Positions 41,022 through 50,812 of a stretch of DNA of 64,000 bases are shown in pieces. A program made the position numbers and the translations under genes. Position 1 is the first letter of the stretch; every line of letters begins with the position of its first letter. The DNA is taken from positions 124,001-188,000 of the IMG/VR virus record IMGVR_UViG_3300049846_000628, one strand, 5' to 3'. The notes under the pieces were generated by a model. It made no database searches. It was given only the letters and a program-made list of their open reading frames with translations, and was not told where the DNA came from.

Positions 41022-41324
41022 TTATGAAGTCAAATCTTCCCCATATTCAAGTTCAAAGTCATCTGGAAGATCCTCTGGATTTTCCAGTTCTATTGGAAAC
41101 AACATTGGATGTGCTTCTTCATCTATAAGGTAAAACGAAGATTTATATAAGTCTTCTGGATCAAATGTACGGTTTTTATCTGCTTCTCTACACAAATCTT
41201 GGTCATATAAATGTCCCTCTGGTAATTCATCAAATGTAAAAGGAACGTGATTGATGAAATACATTTTCACAATCATACTGCCGTCATTGTACCAACAATA
41301 TGCGTGATCGATACGATAAGACAT
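41022..41324 (-). CDS. Hypothetical protein
   Basis: Start reassigned to MSYRIDHAY behind ATAAATA; the longer start overlaps tRNA-Leu. Confidence 0.8.
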   Translation of the reverse strand: MSYRIDHAYCWYNDGSMIVKMYFINHVPFTFDELPEGHLYDQDLCREADKNRTFDPEDLYKSSFYLIDEEAHPMLFPIELENPEDLPDDFELEYGEDLTS

Positions 41325-41357
41325 AGGGATTTTCCCATATCTCTTATTTATTTTAAG

Positions 41358-41439
41358 TAGGGCGAGCGGGACTTGAACCCGCAAGGCTTGCGCCACCGGT
41401 TTTTAAGACCGGAATGTTTACCGATTTCATCACCGCCCC
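41358..41439 (-). tRNA. tRNA-Leu(TAA)
   Basis: GGGGCGG/TCGCCCT acceptor, CCGGT-CTTAAAA-ACCGG anticodon arm, long V arm, GCGGG-TTCAAGT-CCCGC. Confidence 0.95.
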
Positions 41440-41452
41440 GTGATGTGAGACC

Positions 41453-41481
41453 ATTATAACTCTTTGAGTCTGAATGGTCAA
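41453..41481 (-). promoter_or_regulatory. Sigma70 promoter for tRNA-Leu
   Basis: TTGACC-N17-TATAAT. Confidence 0.8.
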
Positions 41482-41482
41482 G

Positions 41483-41555
41483 TGCTCCTTGCGTGGATCG
41501 AACACGCCTCAGGCGAATTATGAGTTCGCTGCATTCACCAGATTGCTAAAGGAGC
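41483..41555 (-). tRNA. tRNA with CAT anticodon (elongator Met or Ile2)
   Basis: GCTCCTT/AAGGAGC acceptor, GCGAA-CTCATAA-TTCGC, GCGTG-TTCGATC-CACGC. Confidence 0.93.
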
Positions 41556-41559
41556 AAGG

Positions 41560-41647
41560 TACGAGTGCCTGGATTCGAACCAGGTCAAAGCCGCTAATCT
41601 GGCGGAAAGAGTTTATAAGACTCCTCTGACTACCAAGTCTCACTCGC
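41560..41647 (-). tRNA. Non-canonical tRNA-Ile(TAT) with long variable arm
   Basis: GCGAGTG/CACTCGT acceptor, GGAGT-CTTATAA-ACTCT, CCGC/GCGG V arm, CCTGG-TTCGAAT-CCAGG. Confidence 0.85.
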
Positions 41648-41663
41648 ATAAAAACCCTAAGTA

Positions 41664-41837
41664 TCAGGGTGCTTCGTTATTTAACTCAGTGTGTATTCGT
41701 ATGAGGTCATCATCTGCGGGCATCATAACTGCTGCCTGCCCGTCTTCGTTGATGATTCCTAAACGCTCTCCATTTTCAACTCGTTCCATCAGTTCATCAA
41801 ACCTCTCTTGAAACTCTTCCACTGTGAAAATTTCCAT
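41664..41837 (-). CDS. Phd/YefM antitoxin-like small protein (57 aa)
   Basis: Hand-translated MEIFTVEEFQERFDELMERVENGERLGIINEDGQAAVMMPADD. Confidence 0.6.
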   Translation of the reverse strand: MEIFTVEEFQERFDELMERVENGERLGIINEDGQAAVMMPADDDLIRIHTELNNEAP

Positions 41838-41859
41838 TTTCGATATTTATATTATAGCA

Positions 41860-42060
41860 TCACTGCCCATAAATTGCAAGATCTGCATACTCAATCTGCT
41901 CAGGTTGAAGATTTGCAGTAACAACTTCCAGAACGTTCATAAATTCGTCTACAGTATCACACTCTACCAGACGTTCACTACCTCGATCACTCAAAAGCAG
42001 GAAGGTACGGGTGCATACGTCAATCACAATACCTTGTACGGTTTCTTGTGCAGTGCTCAT
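41860..42060 (-). CDS. Hypothetical protein
   Basis: 66 aa behind a TTGACG...TATAAT promoter. Confidence 0.8.
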   Translation of the reverse strand: MSTAQETVQGIVIDVCTRTFLLLSDRGSERLVECDTVDEFMNVLEVVTANLQPEQIEYADLAIYGQ

Positions 42061-42120
42061 TCGGTGTTCCGTTGATTACCCCCATATTATAGGGTAGATG
42101 GGTCCTGGCGTCAAGGGGTC

Positions 42121-42798
42121 TTAAGGATAATTTTTGACCACCTCAATGGACCCAATGATTCTTGTATTTTCTTCTTGAAGTTCTTTAATTGTAAAATTCT
42201 GCCCATATCTTTCAAACTCATATTCTCTTCTTTCAGTTTTAATCTGATTTGATCCAGTAACTAAACTTGTTAATTGACTTCTCAAAGATACAATTTGTGC
42301 TTGCTTTGATGTAATGGACGATGCGTGTGAAACACAAACTGAAGATGTGCAGGGTATTCCATAACAAGTAGACAAGTCACCATATAAACTTCCTATTCCG
42401 GTCTGTGTAGAATCATTTTGCGTATAAACTAGCCACGTACCTATTCCAACATTTGCTGAAATCAAAAGTGTATTAGAACTATCAAAAGGATCTTCACCAT
42501 TATAAGTTGGAGAGGACATATTTTCACTATAAACTCTCACAACATCAGGGAAAACAGTTGCAACTCCAACGGTTGTTCCACATCCAACAGCATAAGCATT
42601 CTGCGAAAGAGATACTATTTCTGTTTGAAGAGCGATAATTGATGCCGCAATAGAAACTATCTTTCTATCAACATTTATGGAAGGAGATGAAAATAGATCA
42701 ATATTTTCTTGAGACTCACTTTTACTCTCATTAAGAAAAGAGATTGCATCATTGTTTGAAACTAATTTTTCATTTAATACTTCAGTTAGAAATTTCAT
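42121..42798 (-). CDS. Putative virion structural protein
   Basis: Last gene of the baseplate hub operon. Confidence 0.6.
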   Translation of the reverse strand: MKFLTEVLNEKLVSNNDAISFLNESKSESQENIDLFSSPSINVDRKIVSIAASIIALQTEIVSLSQNAYAVGCGTTVGVATVFPDVVRVYSENMSSPTYNGEDPFDSSNTLLISANVGIGTWLVYTQNDSTQTGIGSLYGDLSTCYGIPCTSSVCVSHASSITSKQAQIVSLRSQLTSLVTGSNQIKTERREYEFERYGQNFTIKELQEENTRIIGSIEVVKNYP

Positions 42799-43453
42799 TT
42801 ATCTTCTCCTTCAGTTCTTCAATCTGTTTTTGTTGTTCTTTAATTGCTTCAATTAAGAGACCAACAATGTTTCCATATTGGACGCCCTTGTATCCATCAG
42901 GGTTTTCTCCGACAACTTCTGGTATAATTTTTTCAACTTCTTGTGCAATAACTCCAATTTGTGGTTGTTTGTTTTCTTTAAAGTCAAAAGATACTCCACG
43001 AAGAGCAGAAACTTTATCTAATGCATTTTCAATCGTATGAATATTTTCTTTGAGTCTTTCGTCAGATGATGGAAGTCTCTTCGCTAATGCAATTTCTGCT
43101 TCTAAATCTTTATTATTAATTCTAACCTTTCCAAAAAAATTAGTTCTACCAATAACAGTTAATCTTCCAGATATGTAACTTGTTCCAAATAGATAAACTC
43201 CAGAAAAATTAAGAATTTTTCCTCTGGTTCCTATGATATTAGGTGGTGTTTTTGGATTAAATGGATTCTTAAGCATCCATAAATTTCCACAAATACCTTT
43301 TTCACCAAGAGTTAAGGAATTGCTTTGTGCTACTAACTCTCCAGTGACTTTTACATTCTGATTAAAAGTACTATTGTCATGATAAAACGTTTCCTTACCC
43401 TTTACAGGAAGAGTTGGGAAACCAATAAGACTGAATAGTGATTGTATAGACAT
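42782..43453 (-). CDS. Tail protein with intramolecular chaperone (peptidase S74) domain
   Basis: SDERLKENI, IGVIAQEVE..PE.V, LIEAIKEQQ coiled coil. Confidence 0.88.
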   Translation of the reverse strand: MSIQSLFSLIGFPTLPVKGKETFYHDNSTFNQNVKVTGELVAQSNSLTLGEKGICGNLWMLKNPFNPKTPPNIIGTRGKILNFSGVYLFGTSYISGRLTVIGRTNFFGKVRINNKDLEAEIALAKRLPSSDERLKENIHTIENALDKVSALRGVSFDFKENKQPQIGVIAQEVEKIIPEVVGENPDGYKGVQYGNIVGLLIEAIKEQQKQIEELKEKINEISN

Positions 43454-44019
43454 TAAGCTACTCCTACAATACTACTAATTGCACCAAAGACATTAAACCC
43501 ACCAAGAAATACATCATCAATGTATTCATTTCCAACAGGTGAAAGTGCAAATGCTCTCTTACCAAATGTATTAAGAATTGCATTACCAGTAAGAGCAACC
43601 TGATCTATTTTATTTGCTTTCATAATGATTCTACCAGATCCAGATATTGCATTGATATTTCTACCTGCTTTAAGATCTAGATCTTCTAAAGCTTCAATCA
43701 TAATTGTTTTTCCTTTGATCTTCACTGTTCCATTAGATGTAGCAGTAATACAAATGTCTCCGCCTTTTCCGGTAATACATATATCTACATCACCTTCAGA
43801 TCCATTTTGACCTGCAACAATTTCAATACCTTTACTATTAATTATTTTGTAGGCACCAGATTCATTAAAAGTTTGTAGATGAATATCATTATCATTTGTA
43901 TAAGCATACATGTTATATACTGATGATCCATCCGCTCCAATCATAGGATCGTTTGTGGTAATTCTAAATTTTGGACCAACACTGATGTAATCTCTTGCTT
44001 CGTAATTTCTGTGAGTCAT
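43453..44019 (-). CDS. gp5 C-terminal-like spike protein
   Basis: Beta-helix-like repeats (GTVKIKGKTIMIEA.EDLDLKAGRNI); follows gp5. Confidence 0.55.
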   Translation of the reverse strand: MTHRNYEARDYISVGPKFRITTNDPMIGADGSSVYNMYAYTNDNDIHLQTFNESGAYKIINSKGIEIVAGQNGSEGDVDICITGKGGDICITATSNGTVKIKGKTIMIEALEDLDLKAGRNINAISGSGRIIMKANKIDQVALTGNAILNTFGKRAFALSPVGNEYIDDVFLGGFNVFGAISSIVGVA

Positions 44020-44020
44020 C

Positions 44021-46069
44021 TTATATAATACAATCTACTTGACGTTGTTCTTTTCCAGTTTGTGTAATCGGTCCAAGAATTGGTTTTAGGACTGCACCAA
44101 ATCCAGTGTTTGAATTAATTGTAATTACTGGTATACCAGTCGCTTCTACAGTATTTAGAGGTTTTGCAGAAAGTATCAGTCCATTATCAACTGTTAGTTG
44201 ATATGAATTTCCCAAGTTGTCCACAGCAATATCACCATTTGAATACTCCAATCCTGGAGTTTGAACTACAACATCAACAACTCCATATGAACCTTGTTGT
44301 TCTGGTAAGTATGGATATCCTTCTCCAGGAGAAGTTATATAAATTGAACTAATCTCACCTTTATCATTAATTGTTGCTCTTGCTCTAGCACCATATCCTA
44401 ATCCACAATCATCAACAATTTCAACAAATGGTGGAAAACGATAACCAGATCCAGCGTTAGTAACAACTGCTCCTATAATACTAGCAGTTTCAGTTACGTT
44501 ATTATAAATTGAAGTGCTCTGGACTGCTGCTCCAAGAATAGGAACTGCTGCTCCACCAATTCCTCCACCACCAAAGATGTTTAGTTTAGGTGGACCACAA
44601 GAGGTTGGAGTTCCAGTAAAACATGCCCCTGCAGCATCCAGGGCGCTTTGTAAGGACTCATTTAAAGAATCTCCACTGAAAACATTAACTACTCCCGTAG
44701 CACTATTTTGTATTTGTTGCAACTGAGATGGAACTGATTTTGCATTTTCAACAAGAGCGTTAATATTAGAGGCAATAGTTTGAATATTTTTAAAAGCACT
44801 ATCAACGTCTAAATCTTGTTTAGGTCCAATTCCAACTTTCCATTCTTTAACTCCATCACATTTTGTATTGGTTTGATTACAGTCAAACAATCCACCTAAA
44901 CCTTGAATTGCATCGATGGTGCTTGTTACAAATTCAACAACATCAAAAACTCCACCGATTAATCCAGATACACCATCTAAAGCTGAAGATAGTCCATCAG
45001 CAACACTATCTACGATAGTGCTAAGAAGAGCACCAATAAATTGTTCAGCGGCACAGGTTGTAAAATTTTTAACATTTTGTAGAAGAGATTCTAACAACTC
45101 TACAATTAAATCTTTTAATCCTTCTACAATTTTATTCGCAACACACGAGATTGCTTCCTCTAAAATTTTAATTGGAATCACAAAGACTTCATTTGATTTA
45201 TATCCTGCAGTATGGGCAGCTGCTGGATTTCGTGTTGCTGCAAAAGTTGCTCCATAAACACTAACATATAATGCACTTAAAGCTCTTGGAATAATGCCTG
45301 GTTTTTCTTCAGTTCCAACTAAAAAATTATAAATTGCATCAATTATCTGACCAACTAACCAGTTTAAAGCAGTTTTAATAACTTCAGCAGTATCTTTAAT
45401 TTTTTGTTTGTATTGATCTATCTTTCCTTGAGCATCTTTTAAAAATTTTAATAAATTATTAACTTCTGCCTTGATTGTTTTAACAGTTGTATTTTCGCAA
45501 GTATCGGCAAAAACAACCTCATCACCAATTCCAGGAATACCAATTTCCCCTAATCGCCTAGCAACTTCAGGAGGAACTTGTCTTGGATTTTGTTGAGCAG
45601 TAGGTGTTGCTTCGTTTGTTTGATTTGGATAATTTCTACCACTAGAACTTGGATTAACAATATTATCAGTATAACCTGTAAATGGAACAAATGGATTAGT
45701 ATATCCCGCAGTGGAATATTGACTTGTTCTTCCAAGTGCTCCCATAACAATGGGTATTTGTGCATTATCACCATCTAAAAAGAATCCAATAACAGTATCA
45801 CCTTGCTGTAACTTATGATTAATAGCATAATTAGCAGCTCCAGTTCCAGCAATTGGATCTAATAATACTTGGGCCCAAGGTAAATCTTGATTTGGTAATA
45901 ACTTATCATCTAATGGATGATATCCAAGAATTCTAACCTTAACTCTATTTCCCCACCCTTCTTTATTTGCTTGATCTGCCCAATCTTTTTTAGGAGCAAT
46001 CTGTCCGATCCACCAACGGAAACCATCCCTTCCTATAAAATGACTCTGTAGTAATGATTGATCTAACAT
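44021..46069 (-). CDS. gp5: Baseplate hub protein gp5
   Basis: F.WWIGQI, RVKVRILGYH, LPWA, GD.VIGFFLDG..AQIPIVMG OB-fold. Confidence 0.88.
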   Translation of the reverse strand: MLDQSLLQSHFIGRDGFRWWIGQIAPKKDWADQANKEGWGNRVKVRILGYHPLDDKLLPNQDLPWAQVLLDPIAGTGAANYAINHKLQQGDTVIGFFLDGDNAQIPIVMGALGRTSQYSTAGYTNPFVPFTGYTDNIVNPSSSGRNYPNQTNEATPTAQQNPRQVPPEVARRLGEIGIPGIGDEVVFADTCENTTVKTIKAEVNNLLKFLKDAQGKIDQYKQKIKDTAEVIKTALNWLVGQIIDAIYNFLVGTEEKPGIIPRALSALYVSVYGATFAATRNPAAAHTAGYKSNEVFVIPIKILEEAISCVANKIVEGLKDLIVELLESLLQNVKNFTTCAAEQFIGALLSTIVDSVADGLSSALDGVSGLIGGVFDVVEFVTSTIDAIQGLGGLFDCNQTNTKCDGVKEWKVGIGPKQDLDVDSAFKNIQTIASNINALVENAKSVPSQLQQIQNSATGVVNVFSGDSLNESLQSALDAAGACFTGTPTSCGPPKLNIFGGGGIGGAAVPILGAAVQSTSIYNNVTETASIIGAVVTNAGSGYRFPPFVEIVDDCGLGYGARARATINDKGEISSIYITSPGEGYPYLPEQQGSYGVVDVVVQTPGLEYSNGDIAVDNLGNSYQLTVDNGLILSAKPLNTVEATGIPVITINSNTGFGAVLKPILGPITQTGKEQRQVDCII

Positions 46070-47428
46070 TTATTTCTTAATACCAAATGTATCTCTAACT
46101 AGTTTTAAAGAAGTATATGAATTTTTAGCGTCAAAATGATGACACAACTCTTTAATCATATATAGACCACTTTGATCAATGTCATATTCTCTAGCAGGAT
46201 CTCGTGTAATTTTAGGGAATAAACACTCTATAACATCACCTGCTCTCAAATTTGTATTTGATGGAATCATTACATTGAGGGTTTGAACAAATAGATTATT
46301 ATATCTCATTAGTGCTTGAGATTGGTACTCTAATGGATTTGCATTCTTTGCGGTTGAAATTCCTTTATCCATTGTCCCAACATCAAGAATTCCAGTCATA
46401 ATTCTAGAAGGAAGATCGCCAAGAGTTTGATCAGAATTTTGAGAAACTCTTGGTAATCTAATTTGTTCTTGTCCTAGGGTTTTTGTCTTATCTATGTAAT
46501 TTTCTAGTCTGAAATGGGCTTTATCTGGTGGGGTAATAGTACCATCAAGTGGATTGAAGAATATTCTATAGTTAGAATAAGTTCCTAATCTTAATTTTTC
46601 AAGTAAATTTTGGTTTCTCTCAATATTATAGTTCAGAATTTTAAAGTTATTGTTAATTCTTGCGCCATCAGTAGTATAAGACTGTGTTGCTTCACTATAG
46701 ATATATGTTGCTTTTGGTGCCTGTTGATTTAACAAGTCAATAGATCTGAATTGAAATCCATCCACAGTTTGGTAGAAGAAGAATCCTGCAGTTCCTTCTT
46801 GTGAATTTACAGATGTGGAACCATCACTTGAAACTATAGGAACACTCTTAGATGCTAACCAAGTCAAAACTGTAAATGGTTTTCTCAGGTTACCAATAAA
46901 TCCATATTTGTTTGATGTTTTATCAATTGTCGTAGGTTTGTCTGTCTTTAGAACATTAGTAAGAATCCGACTTACAGATTCATTAATAGGCAATGAGGGA
47001 TCAAATTTTGTTGCAACTCTTGTGGTTTCATTTGAGATAGCATCTCTAGAAACAAGATTTAATGTAAAGCTTTCTTTATTGTTCTCCGCAATTACATCAC
47101 TAATGCTAGAAACATACAAATAATTTTTAGGATCAGTTGAAAAATCTAATCCAGGGTTTTTATCTGTGTTACCTGCAATTTTGATCGCAATTCTTTCTCC
47201 ACCCCTCAAAGGTAAACCATTATATATTGATTGGAGTTTACCATCCTTACTGTCTGGAGAAGCAACAGTATTTCCTGTGTTTACAACTCTTATTTTAGCA
47301 GTAATTGTTGGAGAAAATACATCTTCATAATAATCAATCATAATTGAACCAGAAGTAATGTCTACTGCTCTACTTCCGTCGTTTGATTCTATAACTATCT
47401 GTTGAAATATAGACCTTTGAATAGACAT
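46070..47428 (-). CDS. Baseplate hub/tail protein (gp27-like)
   Basis: YYEDVFSPTITA, FFFYQTVDGFQFRSID, LRAGDVI, SGLYMIKELCHHF. Confidence 0.7.
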   Translation of the reverse strand: MSIQRSIFQQIVIESNDGSRAVDITSGSIMIDYYEDVFSPTITAKIRVVNTGNTVASPDSKDGKLQSIYNGLPLRGGERIAIKIAGNTDKNPGLDFSTDPKNYLYVSSISDVIAENNKESFTLNLVSRDAISNETTRVATKFDPSLPINESVSRILTNVLKTDKPTTIDKTSNKYGFIGNLRKPFTVLTWLASKSVPIVSSDGSTSVNSQEGTAGFFFYQTVDGFQFRSIDLLNQQAPKATYIYSEATQSYTTDGARINNNFKILNYNIERNQNLLEKLRLGTYSNYRIFFNPLDGTITPPDKAHFRLENYIDKTKTLGQEQIRLPRVSQNSDQTLGDLPSRIMTGILDVGTMDKGISTAKNANPLEYQSQALMRYNNLFVQTLNVMIPSNTNLRAGDVIECLFPKITRDPAREYDIDQSGLYMIKELCHHFDAKNSYTSLKLVRDTFGIKK

Positions 47429-49416
47429 TAGACGTAACTTAAATCGGAGAGTAATTTGTTTTTCATAAAGTTATTTACCAAGAAAGATTCGTCAGTTGAA
47501 AGGTCAAGATCAAGAGATCCACCAGATGCTGCTACAACTTGCTGAGTCGCTGGTTGTCTATCATCAATCACAATAACTTTTCTACCAGTTCTCTCTTGCT
47601 TTACGCCTTCAAGAACACCAGCTAAGTAAGATTGTCCCTCCATATCTACCTCAGCAGCAGTCTGTGTAGCAATACTTGCACCTGCTGGTCTCATTGAGAC
47701 TAATGGTTGAGAGGGTTGTGCGAATCCTTTACCAATTGGTTTATTTGTGAGGAATAGAAGGCGAACGTATTGATCCAACTTAGCAGCATAATTAGGATCA
47801 TCATTGATAGCACCACCACCACGACTACCCTTTTTAGTATCATACTCTAAGTGAATATGTGGTCCAGTAACTCTTCCAGACTTTCCTACTCTTGCAAAAG
47901 AAGTTCCTGCTGGTATTTTTCCAGATTTGATGATTACCGAACTCAAGTGAGCCATTCTTAATTGAATGCCCAAACTTGGAACCCAAACATCTATCAATAA
48001 ACCATAATCACCGTATGTTCCTTGTGCTACAACCTCACAATCAACTCTCAAGGAAATATAAGTTCCAGTAGGTGCTGCAATATCAATTCCTCCGTGACCT
48101 CTACCATCTCCAACAAGACTCGATACCTCAATATAATCAACACCTCTACCTAGAGACTTTGTAAAGACATCACCCTCCCTCAATCTTCTTTGTCCTGCTG
48201 CTCCACCGGTGAGTAATGCAAGTAGTGCTGCTGCAGGCGATCCAAATTGAGATAAAACTTGAGCGGGGGATGGTGTTTGAGATGTTGGTGTAGCAGTTGA
48301 CTTTCCTAGAGGAGTATCCTTCGCCCTATACATTATTTCTATCTCTTTTCTAGAATATTTTGAATATTTCGTCCAAGCACTAGGACCTTGAGTTTTTAAT
48401 ATTCCAATCGCCAATAGATCTTGATTATTTTGATCAAACATATCAGTATCTTTTAATCCAGCAGCAGATTGTGCTGAAGGTAAAGTACCTGGTACAATCT
48501 GATATCTTCCAGCAGCCCATAAAGTTTTTTTAACATTTTGATAATTTTTAACTTCACCAATGGTCATATCAGTAAGATTTTTTCCAAGCCATTTTTTTGA
48601 TCCTCCTGGTCTATCACCAGACTGTCCATTATTGATTGCATTATAATCTCCTCCACTTTCTGGTCCAGAAATAATATCAAGAGCCTGTTTATGAATTGGT
48701 TTTAACTTACTACCAGATACTGAAGGTTGTGCAGATGGTGGAGTTCCAGGAATCCCAGGTATTGTTGATGGTAATTGACCAAAAGCATCAGGAATCTTTT
48801 CTAACTCTTTAAATGGTTGTATGAGAACAGCAAAAGCATCACTAATTCCTCCACCAAGCTCATCAATTGATAGTTTTAAATCATTCAGAGAACTTCTTAC
48901 AAGATATGAACTATCAGAAAAATCAAACTTGGAAATATTAACCAATCCTGCACTAAAAACATTTCCAATGCTAGATATAACTTCAACCAGTTCATCTCCA
49001 TATCCACTTAGAATACTTCCAGCCGCTACAATTCTTTGTGAAAATTGTTCTCCCAAGGAAATCCAAGTTGGTAGATTACTTAATATCCATCCAGCAGAAA
49101 GATAACCAACAAATCCAAGTAATCTATCAGTAATACTTGTACTTCTATCAGATGCTGCTAATAGTCTTGGACCTTTTGGTTTAACAGCAATGAGTGGAGC
49201 TGCTAAACGATCTCTTAAAACATTTCTATTTTCTCTTTCAATTCTTTTTTGTTTTATACTTCTAATATTAGATGATAGATTTCTTTTAGTGGATATATTC
49301 TTATTCAGTAACTTTGATAGATTAATAGCTGTATTTTTAGTTTCCTTCGTCTGCCTTTTTGTGGAAGACACTGAATCAGAAATTTTTTTAAATGAGATAG
49401 AGGGAGATATAGCCAT
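47428..49416 (-). CDS. Tail-associated protein with lysozyme-like and M23 peptidase domains
   Basis: PESGGDYNA..AAGRYQIVPGTL..QD; HGGIDIAA..HLS..GPHIHLE. Confidence 0.82.
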   Translation of the reverse strand: MAISPSISFKKISDSVSSTKRQTKETKNTAINLSKLLNKNISTKRNLSSNIRSIKQKRIERENRNVLRDRLAAPLIAVKPKGPRLLAASDRSTSITDRLLGFVGYLSAGWILSNLPTWISLGEQFSQRIVAAGSILSGYGDELVEVISSIGNVFSAGLVNISKFDFSDSSYLVRSSLNDLKLSIDELGGGISDAFAVLIQPFKELEKIPDAFGQLPSTIPGIPGTPPSAQPSVSGSKLKPIHKQALDIISGPESGGDYNAINNGQSGDRPGGSKKWLGKNLTDMTIGEVKNYQNVKKTLWAAGRYQIVPGTLPSAQSAAGLKDTDMFDQNNQDLLAIGILKTQGPSAWTKYSKYSRKEIEIMYRAKDTPLGKSTATPTSQTPSPAQVLSQFGSPAAALLALLTGGAAGQRRLREGDVFTKSLGRGVDYIEVSSLVGDGRGHGGIDIAAPTGTYISLRVDCEVVAQGTYGDYGLLIDVWVPSLGIQLRMAHLSSVIIKSGKIPAGTSFARVGKSGRVTGPHIHLEYDTKKGSRGGGAINDDPNYAAKLDQYVRLLFLTNKPIGKGFAQPSQPLVSMRPAGASIATQTAAEVDMEGQSYLAGVLEGVKQERTGRKVIVIDDRQPATQQVVAASGGSLDLDLSTDESFLVNNFMKNKLLSDLSYV

Positions 49417-49417
49417 C

Positions 49418-50644
49418 TTATACTACATTATAGTTGAGTTGGGAATATAATGTATAAAAATTATCAGTATTTTTTGAAGAAATCAAAGGAACATCAGTTA
49501 GTGTTTGTGGAGTAGAAACAGATGCTACCGATTGCTGCCCTTTTTGCCCAGATTGTAAATAAATTAAGTCTGGTGCTGCCTCCGGAACAGGTCCAATGTT
49601 TGGTGTTTGTAATTTTGGAGTCTGCACTTGAGAAACAAAAGCATCCATCTTGGTAGTCTTTGTTTCCTCCACCTTTGCAACAAATGTTCTCTCTGCGGGA
49701 ACATCAAGATTTGCAGCACCCATAATGTTATCCTTCATTGAAGAGAAATCAAAGTTCGGAAGTTTAAAACTTTCTGGTAGTGAAATATTCCCTGACTTTA
49801 TTCCACCACCAGTCATCATTTCATATCCAACACTTCCAATTGCTGCTGGAATTTGTAATGGTGATGGAATTGTGGCGGCACCACTCAATATCGCTCCAGG
49901 AATATCTCCCTCTTGAATATTTTGTGCTGTTGCTACTGCACCCAATGCAGTACCCCCAACTCTTAAAGCTGTTCCACCAACACCACGCAACAACCCAGAT
50001 AAACCTTCCATAGCATCATCTGCTGCAGAAGATACTGCAGATGATGCTGCTTGTGCAGAAGGTTTACCACCCTTGAATAAATTCTTAAATATTTCAGATA
50101 TTGCTTTAAATGGAGACTTTGTAAGTTCAACAGCACTTTTAGAAACTCTTTGAGTTACATTAGTAACTGAAGTAATAATAGATCCAATACCACTTCTTAA
50201 ATTCGAAAATGCCCCTGTAATAAATCCTAATGAATTTCTGACTACAGTTCCAATATTGGAAAGTGCTTGTCCAGTTTTGAGGGCACTAAATTTTATTGAT
50301 CTTAGGAGTTGAAATCCTAAAACAGATGTAAATAAGTATTTTAAAGAACTTGTAATTCCTTCAAAAGTTGAAGTTAATTTATTCTCTAAATTTTTAACAG
50401 GTCGAATTAGAGAAGAGGAAATTCTTTGCTGTAATTGTTCTTCCTGCCCAATTCTAATTTCTCTTTCAGCAAGTATTCTTTCTTGCTCTCTTTCTTCACG
50501 AAGTCTTTGTTGATCTAGAAAAGAATCTGTTTGAATTAAACCCGCAATATTTTGAAGTCCAGAGTTAACCGTAAAAACTTCTGAACGAATTGTATTTAAT
50601 TGTTCTTGGAGACCTACAAGAGCTGTAGCATTCTCTTTATCCAT
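49418..50644 (-). CDS. Tape-measure-like virion protein
   Basis: Coiled-coil N-terminus, Gly/Ala-rich helical middle; follows gp51. Confidence 0.55.
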   Translation of the reverse strand: MDKENATALVGLQEQLNTIRSEVFTVNSGLQNIAGLIQTDSFLDQQRLREEREQERILAEREIRIGQEEQLQQRISSSLIRPVKNLENKLTSTFEGITSSLKYLFTSVLGFQLLRSIKFSALKTGQALSNIGTVVRNSLGFITGAFSNLRSGIGSIITSVTNVTQRVSKSAVELTKSPFKAISEIFKNLFKGGKPSAQAASSAVSSAADDAMEGLSGLLRGVGGTALRVGGTALGAVATAQNIQEGDIPGAILSGAATIPSPLQIPAAIGSVGYEMMTGGGIKSGNISLPESFKLPNFDFSSMKDNIMGAANLDVPAERTFVAKVEETKTTKMDAFVSQVQTPKLQTPNIGPVPEAAPDLIYLQSGQKGQQSVASVSTPQTLTDVPLISSKNTDNFYTLYSQLNYNVV

Positions 50645-50810
50645 TAGATGAATTCCTTTGGTTTTCCTCTTCAATATATTGCTGTAGGAGACCTATGTAA
50701 ATTTCTCTCTCCCACGGGATCATATTTTCTAGTTCAGTCAAAGAATATTTATGATGCTGAACGAGGGCAAAATTAGTCTTATAGTATGACGCAAGATCAA
50801 CGTGCGCCAT
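50637..50810 (-). CDS. gp51: Baseplate hub assembly catalyst gp51
   Basis: Hand-translated YYKTNFALVQHHKYSLTELENMIPWEREIY; follows gp26. Confidence 0.88.
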   Translation of the reverse strand: MAHVDLASYYKTNFALVQHHKYSLTELENMIPWEREIYIGLLQQYIEEENQRNSSNG

Positions 50811-50812
50811 CC

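Noticed and set aside
41325-41396. N-terminal extension of ORF 41022-41396
   Set aside because: Overlaps tRNA-Leu; ATG at 41324 follows a late promoter
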